Assembly (NCBI GenBank): GCA_038064415.1
Contig: JBBTTD010000002.1
Location: 8,865 to 72,864 of the forward strand
DNA length: 64,000 nt
Source of the DNA: Patescibacteria group bacterium
Lineage (GTDB): Bacteria; Patescibacteriota; Minisyncoccia; Phycocordibacterales; PALSA-1337
Direction: 5' to 3'
The notes under the pieces are model-generated. The model had not been told where the DNA came from, did no database searches, and was given only the letters and a program-made list of their open reading frames with translations. Position numbers and translations under genes: made by a program. This document shows positions 8,975 through 19,536 of the stretch, in pieces (the stretch's first letter is position 1; each line of letters opens with the position of its first letter).

Positions 8975-9908
8975 CTATATGAATAAAGAATCAAAAATAT
9001 ATGTAGCTGGACATACTGGTCTCGTTGGAGGAGCAATTTTTAGATTACTTAAACAAAAAGGTTACAAAAATCTTATTGGCAAGACACACACCGAGCTCGA
9101 TCTTGAAAATGAATCACAAGTAAAAACATTTTTTGAAAAAGAAAAACCTGAGTATGTATTTTTATGCGCCGCAAAAGCAGGTGGAATAAAAGACAACAGC
9201 GAGAAACCTGCTGAATTTATTTTAAGAAACCTTAAAATACAGACCAATGTTATAGATACGGCATATAGAAACCAAGTAAAAAAACTTCTTTTTATGGGAA
9301 GCTCATGCATATATCCACGGATTACAGAACAGCCCATTAAAGAGGACTACTATATGACAGGAAAGCTTGAACCGACAAATGAAGCATATGCTGTCGCAAA
9401 GATTGCCGGCATATCAATGTGTCAATCATACAGAAAACAATATGGCTGTGATTTTATTTCTGTCATGCCAAACAACATTTATGGACCAGGTGATCATTTT
9501 GAAATAGAGCGTTCACATGTAATACCTGCTTTGATTCGTAGATTCCATGATGCAAAAAAAGAAAACAAGAAAGAGATCGTGCTTTGGGGTACGGGAGTCG
9601 CAATTCGAGAATTTCTCCATTGTGATGATTTGGCTAGTGCAAGCTTATTTCTAATGAAAAACTACAGAGATAAGGAAATTATTAATGTTGGTACAGGAGT
9701 CGGTATATCAATCAAAGATCTCGGAACAATGATACGGAAGATTGCTGGTTTTGAAGGCAAAATCGTATGGGATTCAACAAAACCTGATGGAATGCCGATA
9801 CGACTCCTTGATGCCTCAAAGATTCAATCGCTTGGTTGGAAAGCGAAAATTGATTTTGATAAAGGCCTAAAGGAAACATATGAATGGTTTATTGAACATG
9901 TTGTATAA
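8946..9908 (+). CDS. fcl: GDP-4-keto-6-deoxymannose 3,5-epimerase/4-reductase (Fcl / ColC-type)
   Basis: [61 protein letters not shown] are Fcl hallmarks. ColC (GDP-colitose synthase) is a close homolog and cannot be excluded. Confidence 0.9.
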   Translation: MQSKFLQMNNYMNKESKIYVAGHTGLVGGAIFRLLKQKGYKNLIGKTHTELDLENESQVKTFFEKEKPEYVFLCAAKAGGIKDNSEKPAEFILRNLKIQTNVIDTAYRNQVKKLLFMGSSCIYPRITEQPIKEDYYMTGKLEPTNEAYAVAKIAGISMCQSYRKQYGCDFISVMPNNIYGPGDHFEIERSHVIPALIRRFHDAKKENKKEIVLWGTGVAIREFLHCDDLASASLFLMKNYRDKEIINVGTGVGISIKDLGTMIRKIAGFEGKIVWDSTKPDGMPIRLLDASKIQSLGWKAKIDFDKGLKETYEWFIEHVV

Positions 9909-9926
9909 AAAAATAAAATTAAACCA

Positions 9927-11120
9927 ATGAAAAAATCTACTGGATTTAGGGTGCCACTAGTCAAAAATGCTTTAATAAATAATAAGCAAGCACTGCAGGC
10001 GTTATCCACATTCATTTTGAAGACTGACAGATTAAGCATGGGCAACTATTGTCATGCTTTTGAGCTAGCATTTGCAAAAAAACAAAAACGAAAATATGCA
10101 ATACTTTTCAACAGTGGCGGTAGTGCAAATTTGGCGATGATTCAAACTCTAAAAAACTTGGGTAAGTTAAAAAATAAAGATAAGGTCGGTTTCTCTTCCT
10201 TGACTTGGTCTACGAATGTTATGCCTATAATCCAGTTGGGACTTGAAGCGATTCCAGTAGATTGCGATCCTACAACACTCAACAGTATGTCAAAAAATGC
10301 AATAAAAATATTAGAAAAGGAGAAGTGTTCAGCATTTTTTCTGACAAATGCACTAGGATTTGCTGGAGACATAGACATCATAGAAAAAGAGTGTAAAAAA
10401 AGAGGAATTATTGTGCTTGAAGATAACTGTGAAGCCTTGGGAACTGAACTTAATAAAGGAAAAACTGGAAATTTTGGTTTAGCTTCAAGTTTTTCTTTTT
10501 TCGTTGCCCATCATATGTCAACGATTGAGGGTGGTATGGTCTGTACAGACAACGATAATTTTGCAGAAATGCTCAAAATTGTGAGGGCTAACGGATGGGA
10601 TAGAAACATCAGTCCAGAAAGACAAATCTATTGGAGAAATAAATTTGGAATTGAATCTGATTTTCAAGCCAAATATACTTTCTATGATCTGGGTTACAAT
10701 CTTCGTCCAACTGAAATTACAGGATTCCTAGGCCTACATCAGTTGAAGTTTCTTGATAAAACAACAAAAATCCGTGAAAAGAATTTTAGACGAATTTACA
10801 AAGTTCTCAAAGAGAATGGTGACTTTCTCCCTCTTAACTGGAAACATATAAAGATAATCTCAGCATTTGCCATACCACTTATATGCAAAAATCCAAAGCT
10901 TAGAGAAAAATACATCAGGCGGTTTGAGAAGATGGGAGTAGAAGTTCGTCCAATGATTGCTGGAAATATGCAACGACAACCTTTTTATAAAAAATATTCT
11001 TCTAAAAATTATAACTTACCTGGTGCAGATATTATCCATTATAACGGATTTTATTGTGGTAACTGCCCAGATTACACGGAAGAAGAACTCAAAATAATAA
11101 TAGGCTGCATAAAAAAATGA
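9927..11120 (+). CDS. DegT/DnrJ/EryC1 family PLP enzyme with His replacing the Schiff-base Lys (ColD/E1-like sugar 3-dehydratase)
   Basis: Fold-type I aminotransferase family. At the position of the PLP lysine (FSFFGNKTITTGEGG in perosamine synthase) this protein has FSFFVAHHMSTIEGG, the His substitution characteristic of GDP-4-keto-6-deoxymannose 3-dehydratase ColD and CDP-hexulose 3-dehydrase E1. Confidence 0.65.
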   Translation: MKKSTGFRVPLVKNALINNKQALQALSTFILKTDRLSMGNYCHAFELAFAKKQKRKYAILFNSGGSANLAMIQTLKNLGKLKNKDKVGFSSLTWSTNVMPIIQLGLEAIPVDCDPTTLNSMSKNAIKILEKEKCSAFFLTNALGFAGDIDIIEKECKKRGIIVLEDNCEALGTELNKGKTGNFGLASSFSFFVAHHMSTIEGGMVCTDNDNFAEMLKIVRANGWDRNISPERQIYWRNKFGIESDFQAKYTFYDLGYNLRPTEITGFLGLHQLKFLDKTTKIREKNFRRIYKVLKENGDFLPLNWKHIKIISAFAIPLICKNPKLREKYIRRFEKMGVEVRPMIAGNMQRQPFYKKYSSKNYNLPGADIIHYNGFYCGNCPDYTEEELKIIIGCIKK

Positions 11121-11130
11121 AAGAAAAACT

Positions 11131-11955
11131 ATGAATACACTTACCACAATAATAAAACCTAAGAAAACATTTAGTTTGCGAGATTTTAGAGAACTTTGGA
11201 ATTACAGAGAACTTCTATATTTTTTTACATGGAGAGATCTAAAGGTTCGTTACAAACAAACGGTTATTGGAGCTGCTTGGGCAATTCTGCAACCATTTAT
11301 AACCATGGTAATTTTCACTCTATTTTTTGGTACGCTTGCCAAAATGCCATCCGACGGAATTCCATATCCTATCTTCGTTTACACAGGACTTCTTTTTTGG
11401 CAATTTTTTTCAAGTTCCCTTTCCGATACTAGTAATGTGCTTATCGCCAATCAATCAATCATAACTAAAGTCTACTTTCCTCGTTTAATTTTGCCGATAT
11501 CGGGTGTTATAACAAAATTTGTAGATTTCTTGATAGCATCTATTATACTAGCTGGACTAATGATATATTTTGGATTCATTCCACACATAAGTGGACTATT
11601 GATTATACCAATACTGCTTATAATAACTTTTATGGCTTCGGTTGGTACAGGATTATTCTTGGCATCAATTAATGTCAAATATCGTGATATTCGTTATGCT
11701 CTCCCATACTTTATACAAATGCTTCTATTCTTGACACCAGTCATATATCCCGCATCAATTGCAGGTAAATACTCTTGGATTCTCGCATTAAATCCGATGA
11801 CGGGAGTGATACAGTCCGCGCGCGCAGCTCTTTTGGGAACAACACCAATAAACTGGGTACTTCTGTCCATATCATTTTCAACTTGTCTTATTATCTTAAT
11901 CATTGGAATAATGTATTTCAAAAAAGTTGAGAGATATTTCGCAGATATTCTATAG
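11131..11955 (+). CDS. wzm: ABC-2 type polysaccharide export permease (Wzm)
   Basis: 274 aa with 6 TM helices. ABC-2 family pattern and placement immediately upstream of the ATPase. Confidence 0.8.
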   Translation: MNTLTTIIKPKKTFSLRDFRELWNYRELLYFFTWRDLKVRYKQTVIGAAWAILQPFITMVIFTLFFGTLAKMPSDGIPYPIFVYTGLLFWQFFSSSLSDTSNVLIANQSIITKVYFPRLILPISGVITKFVDFLIASIILAGLMIYFGFIPHISGLLIIPILLIITFMASVGTGLFLASINVKYRDIRYALPYFIQMLLFLTPVIYPASIAGKYSWILALNPMTGVIQSARAALLGTTPINWVLLSISFSTCLIILIIGIMYFKKVERYFADIL

Positions 11956-13231
11956 AAACATGAACATTGAACCAATAATAAAAGCAAGAAATATAGGAAA
12001 AAAATACAAAATTAGGCATAATCTTGGTGGTTATGTCGCCCTTAGAGATGTCATTATGACGATAATTAAGAGCCCATTTAGATTTGCTAAAGATAAAATA
12101 AAATCCATAACTGGCATAAAAACAAAAGAAGAATTCTGGGCTTTGAAAGATGTCAGTTTTGACATTTTTCCTGGAGAAGTTGTTGGGATAATTGGACGAA
12201 ATGGAGCAGGAAAATCTACACTTCTTAAAATACTAACTGGCATTACTCCACCTACGACTGGCGAAATACACCTACATGGTCGAGTTGCTTCGCTACTTGA
12301 GGTCGGTACAGGATTTCATCCAGAATTGACTGGCCGAGAAAATATTTTTCTAAACGGGGCAATACTGGGAATGACCAGAAAAGAAATTGCGAAAAATTTT
12401 GATTCCATTGTAGAATTTGCTGAAATAAGCAAATTTCTTGATACACCAGTAAAATACTATTCCAGTGGTATGTATGTTCGTCTAGCATTTTCAGTTTCTG
12501 CGCATATGGAGCCAGATATTCTACTTGTAGATGAGGTACTGGCTGTTGGTGATGCTGAATTTCAGAAAAAATGTTTAGGAAAAATGGAGGAGGTAACACG
12601 TAAACAAGGTAGAACCATTCTATTTGTCAGTCATAATATGGCGGCAATTCAAAGTCTATGTAAAAAATGTATACTGATTGAAAAAGGTAGTATAAAAAAT
12701 ATTGGAAATACAGAGGATATTGTCAATCAGTACTTGAGTGGTAATGCAAAAGAAGGAACGGAGAAGATCTGGCCAGAGGAAAAACGTCCTGGAAATGATA
12801 TAGCTTCTCTTATTTCAACTAGATTAATAAACCGAGAAGGAAAAACTATTTCATATGCTTATTCTGATAAAGAAATTGGTATAGAGATAGTCCACGAGGT
12901 CAAGAAACCTGGTTACATGCCAATACCAAATGTACATGTCTTTACCAACAAGGCAGAATATGCTTTTATCAGTCATGCTGACTATAATGAGAATCTTGAT
13001 AAAGTCGGAATATACAAATCAACTGCTTGGATACCAGCCAATATTTTAAATAATAGTACATACATAATTGGCATTGCGGTTTCTACAATGATTCCTCTAC
13101 AAGTCCATCTCTATGAGCGTGAGGCAATAATCTTTCAGGTTATAGAAGATATAGATAATGCAAAAAAATATGACTACAATCAAAAGATACCTGGAGTCGT
13201 AAGACCAAAATTGGAATGGAGTTATGAATAA
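11927..13231 (+). CDS. wzt: ABC polysaccharide export ATP-binding protein (Wzt) with extended C-terminal domain
   Basis: Walker A GRNGAGKST, signature YSSGMYVRLAFS, Walker B ILLVDEVLAVGD. An extra ~180-aa C-terminal domain resembles the glycan-terminus-binding domain of O-antigen Wzt proteins. Confidence 0.85.
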   Translation: MRDISQIFYRNMNIEPIIKARNIGKKYKIRHNLGGYVALRDVIMTIIKSPFRFAKDKIKSITGIKTKEEFWALKDVSFDIFPGEVVGIIGRNGAGKSTLLKILTGITPPTTGEIHLHGRVASLLEVGTGFHPELTGRENIFLNGAILGMTRKEIAKNFDSIVEFAEISKFLDTPVKYYSSGMYVRLAFSVSAHMEPDILLVDEVLAVGDAEFQKKCLGKMEEVTRKQGRTILFVSHNMAAIQSLCKKCILIEKGSIKNIGNTEDIVNQYLSGNAKEGTEKIWPEEKRPGNDIASLISTRLINREGKTISYAYSDKEIGIEIVHEVKKPGYMPIPNVHVFTNKAEYAFISHADYNENLDKVGIYKSTAWIPANILNNSTYIIGIAVSTMIPLQVHLYEREAIIFQVIEDIDNAKKYDYNQKIPGVVRPKLEWSYE

Positions 13232-13236
13232 CAGTA

Positions 13237-13923
13237 ATGATAATAAATTATTTTGGAAAAATTAAAACTTTGGGCAAACTACTAAAAAGAAAATTTTCAG
13301 TTACACCCGAGGATGAGAAAATAGATTATGATGGCGAAACAATATACGCTGGTCACTTTCAGATCAAATATAGAGGAGTAAATATGATTCGTTGCCCTTT
13401 TGATTATGTGATATATCAAATGATGATCAATGAAGTCAAACCAGACTTAGTAATTGAAATCGGTACAAATCATGGCGGAACCACACTCTATATAGCTGAC
13501 CTCATGGACAAAATTGATCATGGAATGGTGCACTCAATTGATATAGTGAAGAAATCAGATAGACTGGTTCAAAGTAGCCCAAGGATTAAACTTTTTAGTA
13601 ATGGTTGGGATAAATATGATTTAAATGAGACAAAAGGTTTTAATAAGATTATAGTCATAGAAGATGCTTCACATATGTATGAAGACTGTATTGGTTCACT
13701 TAATAAATTTTCTAAACTTGTCAGCATTGGATCATACTATATTGTAGAAGATGGAATTATCAGTAGCCATGGAAGAGATGAAGGGTATAATGGAGGTCCG
13801 CTTAGAGCAATCAGAGAATTTCTGAAATCAAATAGCAACTTTAATGTAGATAGAAAATATTGTGATATGTTTGGCAAAAATGCAACATTCAATGTAAATG
13901 GGTACTTAAAAAGGATAAAATAA
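13237..13923 (+). CDS. CmcI/cephalosporin-hydroxylase-family SAM-dependent O-methyltransferase (glycan chain-terminal methyltransferase candidate)
   Basis: 228 aa. Motifs PFDYVIYQMMINEVKPDLVIEIGTNHGGTTLYIA and IVIEDASH are typical of the CmcI-like methyltransferases found next to Wzm/Wzt. Confidence 0.6.
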   Translation: MIINYFGKIKTLGKLLKRKFSVTPEDEKIDYDGETIYAGHFQIKYRGVNMIRCPFDYVIYQMMINEVKPDLVIEIGTNHGGTTLYIADLMDKIDHGMVHSIDIVKKSDRLVQSSPRIKLFSNGWDKYDLNETKGFNKIIVIEDASHMYEDCIGSLNKFSKLVSIGSYYIVEDGIISSHGRDEGYNGGPLRAIREFLKSNSNFNVDRKYCDMFGKNATFNVNGYLKRIK

Positions 13924-13926
13924 TTT

Positions 13927-14829
13927 ATGGCGAAAATATTTATAGGAATGCCAGTCTATAATGGCGAGCGCTTTATAAAAAGTGCTGTTGACTCAATAGT
14001 AAATCAAACTTTTAATGACTGGAAACTATTTATCTCTGATGATGGTTCTAGTGATAACACTAGTATTATTTGTAAAGAATATTCTAATTCTGATCCAAGA
14101 ATTGAATACTACAGACAACCAAAAAATACAGGACTGTTTGAAAACTTTAAATATGTGCTTGATAAGGCGGATTCGAAATATTTTATATGGTGCGCGCAGG
14201 ATGATATTAGAGAAAAAGAATATTTTGAAATATGTATACATAAATTAGAAGAGAACAAAGACTTGAGTTTTGCTACCACCACAATGGCCGCAATTGATTC
14301 GTTTGATAGAATATTGATTGTTGAGGACCAGCTTACAAAGTTATCTGGCAAACCAAGTATGATAAATGTCGCTAAATATGTTTTACAGCCAGAAATATTA
14401 GGAAAATGTAATCTGATGTATGGACTTTTCAGAACTGAAGTTGTAAAAATGGTCTGGAAAGCATATCCACAAAGAAGTGTTTGGGGTCAGGATTATATGT
14501 TTTCATTAGCTTTAATAAGTCGCTTTGAAATATTTGTCGACAGAAAAATTCTTTTCAAAAAACGTTTAGGAGGATTTTCTAGTCCTAAGGCACTTTTAAA
14601 TGACACCGACAATATGGTAAAAAAAATTGAATACAAAAATCCAAAAAATCAAATGTTCCCATTAGGTGAATTCAAGGATTATTTTAAAGGACATATGGAA
14701 GCATTAAAAGGAACACCTTATCGTAGCTTAACTGCTATACTTCTTTTGATTCGTCTGCCAAGATCATTTGTTATATATTTAAAAGAGAGAAATATAAAGA
14801 AATATTTAAATCATATCATTAACAAATAA
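13927..14829 (+). CDS. Glycosyltransferase family 2
   Basis: IGMPVYNGERFIKSAVDSIVNQTF...ISDDGSSDNT is a GT-A DXD-type N-terminus. Confidence 0.8.
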   Translation: MAKIFIGMPVYNGERFIKSAVDSIVNQTFNDWKLFISDDGSSDNTSIICKEYSNSDPRIEYYRQPKNTGLFENFKYVLDKADSKYFIWCAQDDIREKEYFEICIHKLEENKDLSFATTTMAAIDSFDRILIVEDQLTKLSGKPSMINVAKYVLQPEILGKCNLMYGLFRTEVVKMVWKAYPQRSVWGQDYMFSLALISRFEIFVDRKILFKKRLGGFSSPKALLNDTDNMVKKIEYKNPKNQMFPLGEFKDYFKGHMEALKGTPYRSLTAILLLIRLPRSFVIYLKERNIKKYLNHIINK

Positions 14830-14830
14830 G

Positions 14831-15724
14831 ATGACGGTAATCATCAAAACAATCGGTGGCTTAGGAAACCAATTATTTCAATACGCATTTGCGCGTGGTA
14901 TATCTTCACATCTTGAGACAAGCTTCCTTTTAGATATTGACACATCGGTTGTTTATAAAAATGAAAGAGTTCATGAATTTTCACTTCAACATTTTAATGT
15001 GACCATACCTATGGCTAAATGGTATCATATGTACGGCTTTGTGTGGCTACGAAGACAGAAACGGCTCTTTAATTTTATTTATCACAAGTTACGTCTAAAA
15101 AAAATGTTTTCTTCTTTTTACTTTATTGAGAGATTATTTTGCTTTGATGAAAATGTACTTTCAAAGGGTGATGGTTCATATTTTGAAGGATTCTGGAACA
15201 CAGAAAAATATTTCAAAAATATAGAAAAAGAGATTAGAAAGGAAATCATCATCAATAAACCACTCTCTGAATACGGGCAAAAAATAAATGATGAGATTAT
15301 GAAGAAAAATTCTATATCACTACATGTAAGACGCACAGATTATGTCACTCACAAGATTTCAAATGAGTATCATGGGACATGTTCTCAAGAATATTATAAA
15401 AATGCTATTAAATATGTAGCAGAAAGAGTACCTTCACCACATTTTTTCATCTTCTCTGATGATTATGGTTGGGTAGTTGAAAATTTCAAATTCCTTCAAT
15501 ATCCTTACACTTGCATAAAAAATGGACCAGAAAAAAATTATGAGGATTTAACACTTATGTCCAAATGTAAACACCATATAATAGCAAATAGTACATTCAG
15601 TTGGTGGGGTGCATGGCTCAATCCCAAAAAAGACAAGATTGTTATTGGGCCAAAACAGTGGTTCAAAAATGCTCCGAAAGCAAATACGGTAGATCTTTTC
15701 CCAGATGGTTGGATAAAATTATAA
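14831..15724 (+). CDS. Glycosyltransferase family 11 (alpha-1,2-fucosyl/colitosyl-transferase type)
   Basis: GT11 motifs GGLGNQLFQYAFA, HVRRTDY, FIFSDD, ANSTFSWWGAWLN. Confidence 0.85.
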   Translation: MTVIIKTIGGLGNQLFQYAFARGISSHLETSFLLDIDTSVVYKNERVHEFSLQHFNVTIPMAKWYHMYGFVWLRRQKRLFNFIYHKLRLKKMFSSFYFIERLFCFDENVLSKGDGSYFEGFWNTEKYFKNIEKEIRKEIIINKPLSEYGQKINDEIMKKNSISLHVRRTDYVTHKISNEYHGTCSQEYYKNAIKYVAERVPSPHFFIFSDDYGWVVENFKFLQYPYTCIKNGPEKNYEDLTLMSKCKHHIIANSTFSWWGAWLNPKKDKIVIGPKQWFKNAPKANTVDLFPDGWIKL

Positions 15725-15731
15725 TGCTGCA

Positions 15732-17480
15732 ATGTGCGGAATAATCACTATAGTAGGAAATAATGTAGATAGCATAATTGGAGACATCAAAATAAACTCC
15801 ATGCTTTCTTCTCTTGCAAAAAGAGGACCAGACGATAGGGGTTTTTTGAAATTCAGTAATGCTATAGTCGGGCAAACTCGTCTTTCTATAGTTGATATTG
15901 CCGATGGCCATCAACCAATGAGAGATAATAGAAACCCTTTTACGATTGTATTTAACGGTGAAATCTATGGATACAAGGAGTTACGTAAAAGATTAGAGAC
16001 ATGCGGACATAAATTCAGTAGCAATTCCGATACTGAAGTTATATTGAAATCATATGCAGAATATGGAAATAGATGCCCTGAGTATTTGGATGGTATGTTC
16101 GCCTTTGCAATTTGGAATGAATCTAAACAGGAACTTTTTGTTGCTCGAGACAGATTCGGGAAAAAGCCATTTTATTATGCGTGGGTAAACGAAATGTTCT
16201 TGGGAGTTTCAGAAATAAAAGCTATCTTTGAGAGTGGACTCATAAAAGGAAAAATTGATCTTAGTGTATTAGATAATTATCTTCAGCTTATGTATATACC
16301 GCCATGGAAAACTATCTATTCTAACATTCAGACTATTTTGCCGGCTCATGCAGGGATCATCAAAGATGGGAAAATTAAAACCTGGAAATACTGGGAACTT
16401 AAGAAGAAAATTTTAAACATATCTTATGATGATGCAAAAAAAGAGATAAAAAGACTTTTTGATGAGGCAGTTAGAAAAAGAATGGTAGCGGATGTTGAAA
16501 TTGGAAGTCTTCTGTCTGGAGGTGTGGACTCTACCTTGGCTACAGCTTATGCACAAAGATATGCAACTCATCCAATCAAGACATTTTCCGTTGGTTATGA
16601 TCAATATATAAACGAGCTACCTTACGCTAAACAGGCCTCAAAAAAAATCGGTACAGATCATTATTCGCTCAATGCCGGAATCAACCTGATCAATGAACTG
16701 GAGAAAGTCGTAGAATATATGGATGAACCACATGCTGACTCCTCGGATTTTCCACAACATTTAATATCAGAGTTTGCTTCCTCAAAAGTAAAAGTGGCAT
16801 TATCCGGCGATGGTGCTGATGAACTGTTTCTAGGATATGGCTGGAATTGGAAATACTGGAATACAAGAAAAATCGTCAGACTAAAAAATATGATTTTCTC
16901 AAATCAATTCAAGGAGCATTTAAAAAATGTTGAAGTGTTTTCTAGAAAAAATCGCCTTGGTTTATGGAAAGATAAATCTCCAGTAAATTCTGAAATTGAG
17001 AAAAGGGACATCAATAATATCAATCTTTTTGATCTAACCACATATCTTCCAGGCCAGCTTCTTACAAAAATTGACAGAACAAGTATGATGCATTCCCTAG
17101 AAATACGCTCTCCTTTTCTAGATTATAAACTTGCGGAATTCGTATACAACTTACCTGAAAAATATAAAACGGACAGAAAAAGCGGTAAGATCATTTTGAA
17201 GGATATCTTGATGGAAATAATGCCCAGGGAATTTGTTTATAGGAGAAAACAGGGCTTTGGCGCGCCGATCAAGGAATGGCTTCGGACTGAAAACACTCGA
17301 CAATTTGTCCAAAAAAATTTATTAGAAAGTTCGAGTCTAGGAAATATATTCAACACACACGAAATAGTTGACCTGCTAGATAATTTTTATAAAAAAAATA
17401 ATGAGAGTGTTCAATATAAGATATGGACTTTATTGTGTCTAGCACTATGGTTCAAGTCTCACCAAAAACATCATGAATAA
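15732..17480 (+). CDS. asnB: Asparagine synthase (glutamine-hydrolysing) family amidotransferase
   Basis: N-terminal MCGI with catalytic Cys2, a GATase II domain, and the PP-loop SLLSGGVDST. In a glycan cluster it probably amidates a uronic acid or a similar substrate. Confidence 0.9.
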   Translation: MCGIITIVGNNVDSIIGDIKINSMLSSLAKRGPDDRGFLKFSNAIVGQTRLSIVDIADGHQPMRDNRNPFTIVFNGEIYGYKELRKRLETCGHKFSSNSDTEVILKSYAEYGNRCPEYLDGMFAFAIWNESKQELFVARDRFGKKPFYYAWVNEMFLGVSEIKAIFESGLIKGKIDLSVLDNYLQLMYIPPWKTIYSNIQTILPAHAGIIKDGKIKTWKYWELKKKILNISYDDAKKEIKRLFDEAVRKRMVADVEIGSLLSGGVDSTLATAYAQRYATHPIKTFSVGYDQYINELPYAKQASKKIGTDHYSLNAGINLINELEKVVEYMDEPHADSSDFPQHLISEFASSKVKVALSGDGADELFLGYGWNWKYWNTRKIVRLKNMIFSNQFKEHLKNVEVFSRKNRLGLWKDKSPVNSEIEKRDINNINLFDLTTYLPGQLLTKIDRTSMMHSLEIRSPFLDYKLAEFVYNLPEKYKTDRKSGKIILKDILMEIMPREFVYRRKQGFGAPIKEWLRTENTRQFVQKNLLESSSLGNIFNTHEIVDLLDNFYKKNNESVQYKIWTLLCLALWFKSHQKHHE

Positions 17481-18621
17481 AATTAGAAAAATATATTGGG
17501 CATATAGAAACAAAATTTCAAATAAACTTTTTGGTAAAGTGAGAATGCCTGCTTTGGGCAAAAAGAAAGGTGAAGTGTTAGTCTCATATATTACTGAACC
17601 ATTTACTATTGCACCTTGGGAAAAATTTTCAAATTTCCACACTATGTACTGGGAATGCTTTGAGATTGCGAGATTATTTTCAGAACGAGGATACGCCTGT
17701 GACATAATCGGCACAAATAATACAAAGTTCATTCCACTCAAACCCTATGTTGCTTGTATAGACGCCGAAGGACTTGAAAGACTAGTAAAATATTTACCGA
17801 CAAACTGCAAAAAGGTGTTCCATATATTGATTTCACATTGGGATGCATATAATAAAGCGGAAGAAGACAGATTGGAACAATTAAAAAAAAGAAGAGGTGT
17901 TAGGCTTTTGCCTAGAAGAAAGATGAGACCATCAAGAGATGCTGAGTTGGCTGACTATTTGGAGGGTTTTGGAAATAAAACAATCTTTGAGACATTTAAG
18001 GGATTCGGGAAGCCAGTATTTTTTATTCCTATTTCAGCAGTACTCAAATTTGATTTTCCAAAAAACAAAAACTTTGAAAGTGTTCGGAGAAGTTTTCTGT
18101 GGCTAGGCGGCGGGGGATCAGTCTTGAAAGGTCTTGATCTGACTTTGGAAGCTTTCGCAATAACACCACAACTGCATCTGCATGTTTGTGGTCCCGTTGG
18201 GGCTGAAAAGGATTTCGTGGAGGAATATAAAAATGAACTGTATAATACTCCAAATATTCACTTTCATGGTCGAATTGATATTGGAGGAGAAAAATTTGCT
18301 GAAATAGTAAATAAATGCGGAGCTGTCGTATACCCTTCCGGTGGTGAAGGTTCTTCAGGAGCAATAGTACAAGCAATGCATGCTGGATTAGTCCCAATTA
18401 TAACCCATGAAACTGGTATTCAAGAAGATTCCAAATATATTGCACTGATTGAACCAACTCCAGAATCAGTATCAGAAGCGGTAATTAATTTTTCAAACCT
18501 AACACCGGAAAGAATTAAAGATAAATCATACTCTATATGGAAATATGCTCAGACACACTATACTAGAGAAGAGTTCTCCAAGGCTTATGCGAAGTTTATT
18601 GATTCTGTCTTAAAATTATAG
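17473..18621 (+). CDS. Glycosyltransferase, GT-B fold (GT4-like)
   Basis: C-terminal region (GGEGSSGAIVQAMHAGLVPIITH) matches the GT1/GT4 nucleotide-sugar binding motif. Confidence 0.55.
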   Translation: MNKIRKIYWAYRNKISNKLFGKVRMPALGKKKGEVLVSYITEPFTIAPWEKFSNFHTMYWECFEIARLFSERGYACDIIGTNNTKFIPLKPYVACIDAEGLERLVKYLPTNCKKVFHILISHWDAYNKAEEDRLEQLKKRRGVRLLPRRKMRPSRDAELADYLEGFGNKTIFETFKGFGKPVFFIPISAVLKFDFPKNKNFESVRRSFLWLGGGGSVLKGLDLTLEAFAITPQLHLHVCGPVGAEKDFVEEYKNELYNTPNIHFHGRIDIGGEKFAEIVNKCGAVVYPSGGEGSSGAIVQAMHAGLVPIITHETGIQEDSKYIALIEPTPESVSEAVINFSNLTPERIKDKSYSIWKYAQTHYTREEFSKAYAKFIDSVLKL

Positions 18622-18625
18622 TTTT

Positions 18626-19465
18626 ATGAAACCTCTCATAAGTGTGATAATTCCAGTATATAACTGCGAAAAAACAGTAGAGACAGCAGTCGGTTCAATA
18701 TTAAATCAAACATATCAAAATATTGAAATAATCGTAGTTGATGACAATAGTACAGATAACACAAAAAATGTCGTCAGAAAAATTGCTGAGTCAAATCCAA
18801 AAGTAAAATTGCTTGATGGAGAAAATGATCCAAACAGATTTGACAAAAAACTAAACAGGAATATCAACGCTGGTTATTCTGCTCGAAATGTTGGATTTGA
18901 GCATGCAAGTGGCGAGCTGATCACCTTCCAAGATGCCGACGATGCCAGTTTTTTGAATAGAATTGAAGTTCAATATGAACTGCTTACAAAGTACAAATCA
19001 AGCCATCTTACTCTAGATTGGGTAAGATTTAATGAGAGATATCTGAGTAAAAAACTTGATATAATAAAATATAGCAAAAATGTGGAACTGATTGGTCCAG
19101 TAGATCTTTATAGAATGTCGCAAAGATCAAAAGGTTTCATCGCAAAATTTTCCCAAAATATCAACCGAATAATTCCCTTTCATCTCAAAAGAAAAAGAAT
19201 CATAAACAAATTATTCTTTGGATCCATGGAAAATTATCCTGGTGCTGGAAATTCTCCACTTTTTAGACGTGAGGTAATAAAGAAAATCAAGTTTAGAAAA
19301 CTATCAGAAAGAGTGTGGCCTTCGTTTATGGGACGAGGGGCAGACAAGGACTTCAATTTTCAAGTCGCTGAAACATTCAAAAATAGCTATGTTTGCCTTG
19401 TCCCTTTATACATGTGGCGTGTACCGACCGAAAATCCAAGATATGTAAATGGGTTGCAAGTTTAA
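18626..19465 (+). CDS. Glycosyltransferase family 2
   Basis: ISVIIPVYNCEKTVETAVGSILNQTYQNIEIIVVDDNSTDNT and a QDADD motif. Confidence 0.8.
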   Translation: MKPLISVIIPVYNCEKTVETAVGSILNQTYQNIEIIVVDDNSTDNTKNVVRKIAESNPKVKLLDGENDPNRFDKKLNRNINAGYSARNVGFEHASGELITFQDADDASFLNRIEVQYELLTKYKSSHLTLDWVRFNERYLSKKLDIIKYSKNVELIGPVDLYRMSQRSKGFIAKFSQNINRIIPFHLKRKRIINKLFFGSMENYPGAGNSPLFRREVIKKIKFRKLSERVWPSFMGRGADKDFNFQVAETFKNSYVCLVPLYMWRVPTENPRYVNGLQV

Positions 19466-19536
19466 ACTTATGGAGTATAGTTGTGCTGGATTTGTACACT
19501 GAAATAAACAATATAACCTAGAAAGGAAACCATCAA

